DNA from: Histomonas meleagridis 2922-C6/04-290x
Taxonomy: Eukaryota; Protista; Parabasalia
Reading direction: 5' to 3'
NCBI GenBank assembly: GCA_020184695.1
Contig: JAANOX010000190.1
Coordinates: forward strand, 124,001 to 188,000
DNA: 64,000 nt
A program made the translations under genes and the position numbers. Below are positions 54,024 through 64,000 of the stretch, piece after piece. The notes below the pieces were generated by a model. It was given only the letters and a program-made list of their open reading frames with translations. It was not told where the DNA came from and searched no databases. How positions within the stretch are numbered: position 1 is the first letter of the stretch; each line of letters starts with the position of its first letter.

Positions 54024-54497
54024 ATGTCTGAGCTACCCCATAAAATTACTTTTGGTCCAGTTGATAAATCAAGCATAGGTCTTTTAAAAATAATACATAG
54101 AGAGTTGCTACCAATTCATTATTCAGATGACATTTATGAAATAATCAAACAAAATCTTGGAGTCAAAGGTATTCTTGCTTATTATAATGATGACACAGCC
54201 GTAGGAGAAATTTGTTACCGAAAAGAAAACGTTGATGGTGTTAAAAAATTATACATAATGACAATTGGTGTTCTTCCAACTTATCAAAGACAAGGGATAG
54301 CAACAATGTTAATTAATAAGGCATTAGAAGATGCGAAAGAAGAAACTGAAGTTTATTTACATGTTCTTGTTGATAATGAAGTTGCAATTAAGTTTTACAC
54401 AAAACTTGGATTCACCAAAGTCACCAAAGTCGAAGGCTATTACAAATCTCTTCAAGGCAGCGATGCGTATTTATTTAGGAAAGAAATCACTAAATAA
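54024..54497 (+). CDS. NAA50: N-alpha-acetyltransferase 50 (NatE catalytic subunit)
   Basis: LLPIHYSD, LYIMTIGVLPTYQRQGIA and YLHVLVDNEVAIKFY. Confidence 0.85.
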   Translation: MSELPHKITFGPVDKSSIGLLKIIHRELLPIHYSDDIYEIIKQNLGVKGILAYYNDDTAVGEICYRKENVDGVKKLYIMTIGVLPTYQRQGIATMLINKALEDAKEETEVYLHVLVDNEVAIKFYTKLGFTKVTKVEGYYKSLQGSDAYLFRKEITK

Positions 54498-54678
54498 AAT
54501 TTGATAAATTTGGAAATTGTTTACTCCAAAATTTTAACCTAATTTCTTTTCATTGTTCTAAGTGAAAGTATTATTCGCAATTTTTTTGTGCTACTTAATG
54601 AATAAATTAATTTGATCAGAAAGCACTTTTTCTGAAGTTTATTTACATTTTGACAGGACGATACGAAATATATTTTTT

Positions 54679-56823
54679 TTATATTTTTTCTCCTAAAAAT
54701 TCTTCTAATACACCTTTATAAATTGAAAATACGTCTGTTAGAGATTGATATAATGATTGAGTGAAAAACTGGAAATAGAAATCTCTAAAGAAAATGAATC
54801 TCGAATACATTTGCTTATGTGCGAAGCAAATGAACAAAGTTCTTCCGATTGGAAACAGTTCTTCAGAACCGATTACGTCATTTGGGAAAGCAACAACAAA
54901 ATCTGCTTTAATTTTATCGACCACGTCTATTAATTTATCACCAAACGAATATGGGTCTCCTCTACTGAACGCGTTTTTAATAAAGAAATACTGATTTTCA
55001 TCATTCAAATAATTTGTAATGAATGAATTGTATTTAGTTTTACGTCTAAAGACATCTTCTTCCAAAAGTTTATTAATGTAATAACTTCTGTCATTAGCTT
55101 TAATGTTATTATAAACAATTTCATCTTTTGCTGAAGATTCGGAAGATTTATAGAAGTAAAACTTATCATAAGTAAATAACTGTGTTAGATAAACATGACA
55201 AATGATTTCGTAACATTTAACATTATTATTATATTCGTCAATGATACCTTCTTTAACGAAACTGTTGTTATTTTTAACATATTCAATTAATTGATCATAT
55301 TCCACTTTAATTAAATTTGGATTTGAAATTATTTCTTCGAATTTATGAACATTTACATGCTTATAATAATATTGTTTAATGGTGAAATTAACTAATGATA
55401 TGTTTGCAATTAAATATGTTTGATTTAAGATATGCTTGACATTAAATTCAAGTTCTTTAAGCCTTTCGATCATTGGCGTAAATCCACTTAATTTAATAAT
55501 TTCTGTTTTGTCATCTTCTGTAATAGAATCAAACAATGAAGTAAGCGTTTCTTCAGAGCGTGACTTAATATAATTATATATTCGTGACGCTAATAAGTTT
55601 CGTGAATTAAGACCTTCAAGTGGTCCATTTTTTGCAAGTTTTAAAAGATAATCTTTAGGTTTAATTCGATTAGGACATAATGGTAAAAAGTCAACGGACT
55701 TTAAAAAGTCATAGATTTCTTGTTTGATAAGTTGATTAGATGACTTACGTAATAAATTTTTTTTTGATGAAAGTTTCTTTTCCCAGAAAACGGTTTTGAA
55801 TTCAATTTCATCCATCCCGATAAACGGTTCCCGATACTCCAAAAGTGCCGCCGTATCGTAGTTGGATAAAACTGTCGGTTGGAAAAGTGACGGAACTTCT
55901 TCTCTTGATGTTCCGTTTATATATTTTATTGATGATTTGTCCGAAATATCACAAAAGCACTGACATAACCTGCCATTAAAGTTATTAGTGCCAAATAAAT
56001 TGTTTAAAAACCTATAAAAGAATTTCTTTGGTGTTTGATAAGGTTCAATTATTCCAAGAATTTGGAGAAAAGAAATATCTTTTTTGGATGGATATAACGC
56101 ATACTTAATAAAAGATTCTTGAAAACAAATGTTCATATTGCCGCCAAGTTCAACTTCAAGAAGAAGAATATGATATATATAAACAGGAAAAATTTCTGCA
56201 TATTTATAACATAAATCTAAAATTGATTGTTGGACATCTTGAATATTACCATCAAATTTGCCAATGGATAAAATAGGAGATAATATTGGACAAAAGGTGG
56301 TATAAATAAAGCGAATAAATAAAGGAGAAAAAAATGCTGATCTGTAATATAAAAATCTGATTGTGTTGTTTTTGACGCGACTAAGGTTATCACAAAAGGC
56401 TCTGTTACCAAAGTCAGTCCAAAAATAATGAACATAAGAAGGCCAAATGGAAAATGTGAAAATGTCAATTGGTTCAATTTGTTCAATAATACAGTTGATA
56501 TTGTCAAGAGACACCACTTTCATTGAATTCTCTTTAAATAATTCTTCAATTGTAGTGTTAGGACTTTCTTTTAAATTATACAATGACTCAATTGCAACTT
56601 CCGGCAATGAAGTGTTCATAATAATAGATGTATATAGAATGTAAAGGAGTGTAAAATATTTCTTTTGCGATAAAATTTTTACTATATTTTCATCTTTGAG
56701 TTTTTTATATTGTGCTTCACAAAAAAGAAATTCAAATTCTTGCATGAACTCTTCTGAATCTATTTTATCTTTGCATGCTTGTAAGAGTTCAGATAATTTC
56801 CTTGAACTGATTTGGCATTCCAT
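54679..56823 (-). CDS. Hypothetical protein, possibly divergent RasGAP-like plus VPS9-like
   Basis: 714-aa intact ORF. Only a weak by-eye resemblance (FFSPLFIRFI...ILSPIL; GSEELFPI). Confidence 0.6.
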   Translation of the reverse strand: MECQISSRKLSELLQACKDKIDSEEFMQEFEFLFCEAQYKKLKDENIVKILSQKKYFTLLYILYTSIIMNTSLPEVAIESLYNLKESPNTTIEELFKENSMKVVSLDNINCIIEQIEPIDIFTFSIWPSYVHYFWTDFGNRAFCDNLSRVKNNTIRFLYYRSAFFSPLFIRFIYTTFCPILSPILSIGKFDGNIQDVQQSILDLCYKYAEIFPVYIYHILLLEVELGGNMNICFQESFIKYALYPSKKDISFLQILGIIEPYQTPKKFFYRFLNNLFGTNNFNGRLCQCFCDISDKSSIKYINGTSREEVPSLFQPTVLSNYDTAALLEYREPFIGMDEIEFKTVFWEKKLSSKKNLLRKSSNQLIKQEIYDFLKSVDFLPLCPNRIKPKDYLLKLAKNGPLEGLNSRNLLASRIYNYIKSRSEETLTSLFDSITEDDKTEIIKLSGFTPMIERLKELEFNVKHILNQTYLIANISLVNFTIKQYYYKHVNVHKFEEIISNPNLIKVEYDQLIEYVKNNNSFVKEGIIDEYNNNVKCYEIICHVYLTQLFTYDKFYFYKSSESSAKDEIVYNNIKANDRSYYINKLLEEDVFRRKTKYNSFITNYLNDENQYFFIKNAFSRGDPYSFGDKLIDVVDKIKADFVVAFPNDVIGSEELFPIGRTLFICFAHKQMYSRFIFFRDFYFQFFTQSLYQSLTDVFSIYKGVLEEFLGEKI

Positions 56824-57809
56824 GTTTAAAACGGAGTGCCCTAAAATATTTCAAATATCGGCATTTTTTAGATAACTTTTTAATCTCAATTTAATCGGAC
56901 AAAAATACTCTTTATAAAATGTATAATCTCACGAGACTACAAATATTTTATAGACAGATAATAAGAATCTCCCGCATACATTAACAAATTCACCTTGACA
57001 AGGTTATAATCAGAAAAAAATATGAAAACATATTTTATTCCTGTCATTCAATTACAAATTAAAAAACATTTGGTTTGCACTTTATTGTTATTGCATCGGT
57101 GATCCAGTCTTTTTTGATAAAAATGTGAAACATATACATGTATGCTCATGAATAAATAGATGGAGTCAACCAACGATCCCTCTTATAATTAACAAATAAA
57201 CTTATTTACTAGCACACAATATTTTTGTTTTCTGTTAAAGTTTTAATAATTTTATTTACTCTCAATGAGTTCATTTTTAAAATTTCTTTTCGTTTGCTTT
57301 GCTCATCAAACAACGCGAAGCTTATTCTTTTATAATTCCGATTCTAAATATTCAATTGAAATTGTGAAATTATTAGCGGAAATGAATTTATGATAATATG
57401 TATTTCTTGATTAAATCAGTACGAAAATAATGGCAAATTATTAGTTTATGTATACTTAATCCAGTTAATAAAAAAAACCGCGGCCGTTTAGAGTAGTGCT
57501 CCCCAAAACTTGCATTCAAAATTCGATACGTCATTAACCTATCATTGTTAATTGTGAATAGAAGTGAACTTTTTGAGCGTTTTTCTTTCATAAGTCTAGA
57601 TTAAGAATATTCTTTCTCTGTTAAACATTTGACATTATATGTATTGATGTTGATTTCTTTATTTCTCCGATACGAGCTGATTGAGTGATTTTTATTCGTA
57701 CACTCATTCAAATTTGACTTTGTACAACTTGAACATGTAAAATGGTCTTCGGCATATAAATAAATGCAAACTTTGATAAATTATTAGTTTTGCTGGTACT
57801 GTCCTACAA

Positions 57810-58826
57810 CATTCAAAAATTGGCACTCAATTCGTTTTCAGAAAAAATATTTTGATTCAATTTCATTTTAAATAATTTACAATCTTCGCCATGTTTTTTG
57901 AACAAAAATAAAATTTGGCAAAGATGCTGAAACAGATATTATCAAATAGCAAGTTATCGACATTGCATACATTATACATTGCATCAATTAAAATTAATTA
58001 AAAAAAAACAATTATTATTCATTAAACTATATTACGAATCAAAATATTGTGAAATATTTAATCGTCTCTGTATTACAACACAAATTTTATATTAATGTTA
58101 CATTAAAATTCATTTTTGACTTAATTAATATTTTATGAATTGATCAATAATATCAATTGCTTCGCATATAAATTTTTATGAATTGTCATGTTCTACATGA
58201 TTAATCATGTTATATTAGTTTAAAATTTTATAAAATTTAATCTTTACGACGATCATAGCAATTAAAATAGAAAGAAATAAATATACGATGTAATGTGGAG
58301 GTTGAATGGAAATAATTACATCAATTGCTCATTGAAATAATAATGTAAACATTGATTTGTAAACTTTTTGAATATAATTAATCATGTGAGCTTCATTTCT
58401 GAAACAAGAATAAGTTTGAATTCATCTTTAACTACACCCCATGTTCACTATGTATTATCTATATCAAATGAAAGTCGTTCAAATTATATATATGCCAAAT
58501 CATATTTGAATGATTTGAGCAAATGATGGTACATAAAATGATGAAAAGAAACACATATATGTGAGAATAAGCACATATAAGTGAGAATAAACATATATAA
58601 TAAAAAATTGATGAAAATAAATTAGAATTAGCACATATAAGTGAAAATGAACATAAAACAAGAAGAATCATAAAGCAGAAAATGAAATATTACAACATTC
58701 ATTCCACACCATCTTTGCCGAATTTTATTCTCATTCAAAAACATGGCGAAAATCGTGTAATCATTTAAAATGTGATTGGATTATAATATTCCGTCAGATC
58801 ACGAATTGAGAGCCAATTTTTGAATG
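57810..58826. mobile_element. Candidate non-autonomous element bounded by ~120-bp imperfect inverted repeats
   Basis: 57810-57929 matches the reverse complement of 58707-58826; the outer 26 bp match at 25/26 (CATTCAAAAATTGGC(A/T)CTCAATTCGT). No TSD seen. Confidence 0.6.
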
Positions 58827-59582
58827 CATATCACATTTAATTCAAATTTTCCATAATGATTGAATCAGGCTTTTACTTTTTGATAAGGTATTAAAATTTC
58901 CCACGGTTGTCGAATAGTACCGTTTTGATTTTATATATACCCATTTTTACCTTTTATTCGTACAAACGATACGAAAATTGAAAGTTTTTCGATCGTAAAT
59001 CAAACCGTTACTTTTGTGTAGAAAATTATTCAAAAAAATATTTTCACTTCATTTTATATTTGTTATGACGTTCTTCTTGTTTTCGAAACTCGAAAACAGT
59101 TAGTTGGGGCTCGAATCCCAAATCTCAGTTTGAGATCGAGAACGTTTATGTTCGATAATTTCCAATAATTTCAAAAAATGTCGTTTTTAGGAACTCAAAG
59201 TGCGACAGTAATTAGCTACAAAAGATTCACAATTTTGCGCCAAAGCAGCGATTATCACGAAATTGTCGAATTTTATAGAAATTTTTTTCATTAAAATAAT
59301 TCTATTTTTGGCTTTTTGCATATGAGAATCTGAAATTTTCATTTGTTGAGCTATATTTATCGATAAATATGATTTCTCTAATTTTTAAATTTTTTGTAGT
59401 AATTTTTTCATATTTACATCCAATTGTTGCGAAAGATTTAAATAATGATAACCTTAAATTTGCATTAATTATTAAAAATATTATAAATTTTATTTTCTCT
59501 CATTTTTTTTTATTGATTTTTTTGGCGCCAAAATCACATCCTTTAATGATATTCGACGAAGAACCAACTAACTTTTCAAGAT

Positions 59583-60241
59583 AAGCTTAAATTAATATTT
59601 CAGAAATATCCGAAGGAAAAAATTTTCAACATGGATGAAACATGTTGGAAAATTTCGAACACCCCAGCAAAAGTATGACACAAGATTGGAGTGCCAACGG
59701 TTAAGATCCAATCAATCCAAAACGAGAAATTAACTCTGACGGCCATCGAGACAAATACAATGCAAATGGGTCAAAGTTGCCGCTTTGGATTTTTGCCAAA
59801 GGCAAAACGAATAGGTCCGAGAAGAAATATGGGAAATCAAACGAAAATTTGATTTTCACCCATACTGAACGTGGATGGGCTAATGATGATATTCTGATTT
59901 CCTATATAGAATGGATTCATAATAAAGCCAATGGTGAACCATGTGCCTTAGTTTGGGACATTTTTCCTGCTCAGTAAGCAGAAAATGTTAAGTTGAAAGC
60001 TCAAGAGCTTCAAATTGAGCTATTATTTGTTCCAGCCGGGGGAACATCAAGATATCAACCTCTTGATGTTAAGGTATTTGGGGAACTTAAATCAAGAGCT
60101 CGATAAAAATTTGAGCATTTGGCTTTTAAGAATCAAACGAGAAACATAACATATCAAGAATCAATTGAAATTCTTGTTGAATCATGGCTCAGTATTTCTC
60201 GAAAAAATATCGAGGAATCATGGGAATTAATTAAACAATGA
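59583..60241 (+). mobile_element. Decayed pogo-superfamily (DDE_1, DD35D) transposase
   Basis: FNMDET, LPLWIFAKG, GWAND, LVWD...FVPAGGTSRYQPLDVKVFGELK. Three in-frame stops and one frameshift; DNA-binding N-terminus not recognisable. Confidence 0.88.
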
Positions 60242-62238
60242 AAAATTCAAAAAAATCACAAATGTGAAGTCATAAGTTTGATGTGTTTTTTAAAATTATG
60301 AGCAATTCATCAGAAAAATTCAACTTTTTCAGATAAAATCATCGAATTGATGCAATAAACCTTTGAAAAAATTATTTTTTTTTTTACACTATTATTTGCG
60401 AAAGAATGAATGACAATTATTGTTTACGCTTCATCTCTCAATTATCATGAATCCTAAATCAAAGAAAACATGAACCAGAATAAATTATCAATAACAATAT
60501 GAAATCATTGTCTAATTAAGAGAAAAGATTTAAACAAACATAGTCAAATAAGTTTCCATGCAATTTGTCACTTTTTGGTTTTTTTAAAAATTATAATTCT
60601 ATTTTCCCAGAAACCGAGTGAGTAAATAAATGCAAAAATATTAAAACCCGTACAATACCTATAACATTGTAATAAAACGATTCTGATTTCAATTTGTTAT
60701 TTGTCAGAAAAAAGTCGAAATGATCAATCACTTTTTCACTTTTTTGAAGAATTTCATATTTTCACAATATCAATTGATTGTGCTCATGATGTAGTTTTTA
60801 AAAAATAATTTTCATAAAAAATATTATTGTTTGTGTGTTGAGTTATTCTTAATTTAAATTGAATAAAAAATACGTTAAAAATATGGATCTGAATTTAACA
60901 TGATATTTAACACAGCAGGCATTAGTATATTCTAACTTTTGAATATTGTTCAAAATGCATGTTTCTGTGCGCATAATTTTTTTTTTTATGATTTTTCAAT
61001 ATTTTCAGTGACACATGACATCTAATATCATTTACAAAATATCTGTCTAATTTTTTCCAAATTTTATGCAAAAAAAACATAGATATTAACTCAGCTATAA
61101 TACGACAAAAAACGAATTCAATTATTTCAGTATATTTTAATCTGATTTTTTGGATTTGTGAGAAAATATTCAATGCATTCAATTTTGAATGCATTCAATC
61201 TCCTGCCGATCATTTTATTCACAAATAATAACAAACTATGTTTGATTCAAATTATATCGTGTGTACGAATAAAAAATAAAAATATGTATTTCAATTTTTT
61301 AATTTCTTCTTCATTATATTTTGGATTTCGTTAGATTTTGTATATTCTCATTATTCAAACAATATCATTTAATTTAGAGATTAAAAATTGAAAAAAAAAA
61401 TAAAATAATTCGTGTAAATATCATAAAATTATAATATCATAATTATACTAAATTTATTATGAATAGCTTTTATATAAAATTTCATATGGAAATTTTTTAT
61501 TATCTTATTATTTTACATCATTTAAAAATATTTCACTGATAATTCAAGTACTTCAGGGATACTTGTTTTCTGTCACTTTTCAATAAAAACATTACGTTTT
61601 CAGCTTTGTAAACAGCTTCCGATCGCAAATACAACAAAACATGCATCAACAAAAGTTAAACCAATGAACTGACTAAAACGCGGCGCGGTTGAAACTCTCT
61701 GTATCGTTTTTGACTGATTTATTAGCAAGTTTCCCAAGTTTTCGCGCAAATGTGTTCTTTCTTTCTGGCTTTACCCATGTGTTTCTTTTGCTCATTACAA
61801 ACCTCTCCAAAAAATTCAGGTTCAAAGATTTTTAGTGATCAATTATCTATTTCTCAAAAACTCAAACATTCTCCTTATTTCACTTTAGAATCCAAAGGGC
61901 ATACATATTTACCTATTTCAGCCCATAACAAGGAGTGTGTATCCATTAAATTCACAAAATTTATTATGCTAAAAATGAATGAATCGAATACATTCAATAT
62001 CATCACTGAAGAATATCATCATCATTCTTCTTTATTAAAGTTGCCGATGTCATATGTTAAGCATTATTTCAAATTCTTTTCTTTGACATTTAATCATTTT
62101 TCATTAAAAGCTCATTTACCAATTTCAATGAAAAATAATTTCATGAAGAAAATGTTCAAATTCAATGAAAATTCTCAAGTTCTAATGTATAACTTTTTTG
62201 TTTTGGGTTTTTTTTTATTTTATGAAATCAAATTTTTA

Positions 62239-63427
62239 ATGAATAAATTGAAAGCAAACGAAAAGAAAAAAACTGAAAATATTTTAATTTTTGTTATGTT
62301 TTTCATGAGTACTTATCAAATATATAATGAAGATAATTTAACACTTACAATCATAAATTCAAATGAATTTAATGAAATTTCTCAATATAAAAATATAACG
62401 AAATTTATAATTATCAGTGAAAATATTTATGAAATTCCAAGTGGTTCATTTTCAGAATGGTCTTCAGTTGTTTCAGTTGATTTTGGTAACTCAGTCACAA
62501 ATATTGGGGGTTCTGTGTTTTCGTCATGTTTTAATTTAGAAACGATTATAATTGGAGGAAATGTTACAACAATTGGTGATGGAGCATTTTCAATGTGTTC
62601 ATCAATCAAAAACATTACAATTCCAAATTCAGTTTCAGCAATTGGAAATTATGCATTTTCATCATGTTCTAATTTAACTTTATTAACACTTGGATATGGA
62701 ATAAGAAAAATTGGAGTTTCAGCATTTGGGAATTGTTATCAACTTGAATGCATTTATTATTATGGAGATTCAGAACCAGAAATTAGTGAAAATGCATTTT
62801 ATAATGTTTTAACAAGTGTTATCACATATCCAACATATGTAGGGAGTAAATTTGGAAATTTAGATGTTGCCAAAGAAAACACAGAAGGAACATGCGAACC
62901 ACTTCCAACGCATTCATTTAGTCAATCGAATACATTTACTGCATCATTACAAAGTGATATTTCATTTTCATTATCATTTTCATGTACATTAACAATTACA
63001 TTATCAATTACACATTCATTAACTATTTATGAAACACAAACGAAAACATTTTCATTATATATAAATAATTCGACATTTTCATATATTGAAACAGAATTTA
63101 TTTATTACAGTTATACAGTTGTTATTTATTCGACTTATTATAATTATTATTCCAATTTCTTTACAATGTTTTACACTTCCAATGAAAATTCACCAAATGG
63201 AATTACGACAAATGCTTTGATTGGAATTATTTGCGGATCATTTGCATTTGTTTTTGGTCATTGTTGGAATTGTTATATTATTTTTAGTGAAAAGTAATAA
63301 CAAGAAAGAAAAATCGAAATCAAAGTTACAATTTAAGGACACGACAACGTCAAGTACAAAGCAAATCGAAGAAGTAAATAGTTTAGTTGAAGATATTGTG
63401 AAAGAAGATGAAGACAATTGGCTATGA
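62239..63427 (+). pseudogene. BspA-like TpLRR surface protein with a single frameshift in the TM-coding T-run
   Basis: TpLRR repeats and FSQSNTF stalk. Removing one T near 63250 restores the TM AFVLVIVGIVILFL plus tail. The upstream part of ORF 61750-63297 looks non-coding. Confidence 0.75.
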
Positions 63428-64000
63428 ATAAAATGTGTAATAATAAACATTTTTTGATTCAATTTTTATATAAAAATTATGTGTTGTCATATTAAATAAA
63501 ATGAAATCATATTAACGAAATATCATTTTTACTTTAAAATGTTTTGAATTAGTGTATTTAAATATGTAATTTTGGATTTTATGATTTTTAAATAGTATCA
63601 ATAATTTTGAATACTGATTGTAAATACATTTAATGTTCAAAAGCTTTTGAATGAAATTGGATAAACTTTACTTGAATTCATCATTCTCAAAATCGAAAAA
63701 TATTTTATAAATTAAAGATACAATGTAATTGATTTCGGACATAAAGAACTCCTTATATTTTGTTTATTTCATATAAAATCATTAATATTCAAACAAGAAA
63801 TAGCTGAATTGCCAACGTTTTAAAAAAGTATTAATTTTATGATGATGGAAACATCTTAGATAAATGAACGGCACACCAAATTAAAGCATAAATTCCGTTC
63901 TATAACATATATTCATTGTGTTATTTAAAAGTGAAAATATAATGTTTTAAGGCTGTTTCTTTGATTGTCGTTTTGAAAAATCGATAGAAATATTTAAAAA

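Noticed and set aside
59100-59135. GGGGCTCGAATCCCA resembling a tRNA T-arm/B-box
   Set aside because: 8-nt loop without TTC, and no acceptor, D or anticodon arms.
61750-62238. N-terminal extension of the 515-aa ORF
   Set aside because: F/K/S/N-biased text typical of AT-rich non-coding DNA; BspA homology starts only near 62290.
1-64000. rRNA, tRNA genes or an alternative genetic code
   Set aside because: None recognisable; long conserved ORFs are intact under the standard code, and in-frame stops occur only in otherwise damaged sequences.

Overview
AT-rich eukaryotic genomic DNA from a parabasalid (trichomonad) protist, most likely Tritrichomonas-like. The assignment is inferred from an IBP39 homologue, an IBD-family protein, BspA/TpLRR surface proteins, DUF3447-type ankyrin genes, expanded Rab/CAMK families and a 60-nt trichomonad-type spliceosomal intron. 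The window holds about 25 intact, almost intronless genes: two CAMKs, two Rabs, IBP39, PIG-L, a kinase-SEL1 protein, an L-type lectin, Brr6/Brl1, a U2AF65-like protein, a CstF64-hinge protein, a FANCJ/RTEL1 helicase, a PLD3-like protein, an eIF3g-like protein, a capping-enzyme-like protein, a P5A ATPase and NAA50. Many decayed sequences lie between them: a bacterial-type SDR pseudogene, ARPC1 and RING 3' fragments, small-GTPase relics, BspA pseudogenes and a pogo DD35D transposase relic. The most unusual signal is a dispersed ~170-nt unit in which a 31-codon ankyrin repeat is followed by a conserved 77-nt frame-breaking spacer that lacks GT-AG and often carries an overlapping stop/start (TAATG/TGATG). 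Other unexplained signals are a 62-codon tract with ~95% GC3 at the end of an AT-rich gene, a recurrent GGGC-N2-CCC quasi-palindrome just upstream of start codons, two perfect 18-bp inverted repeats, and a ~1-kb segment bounded by 120-bp inverted repeats. No database searches were run; family calls come from recalled motifs.
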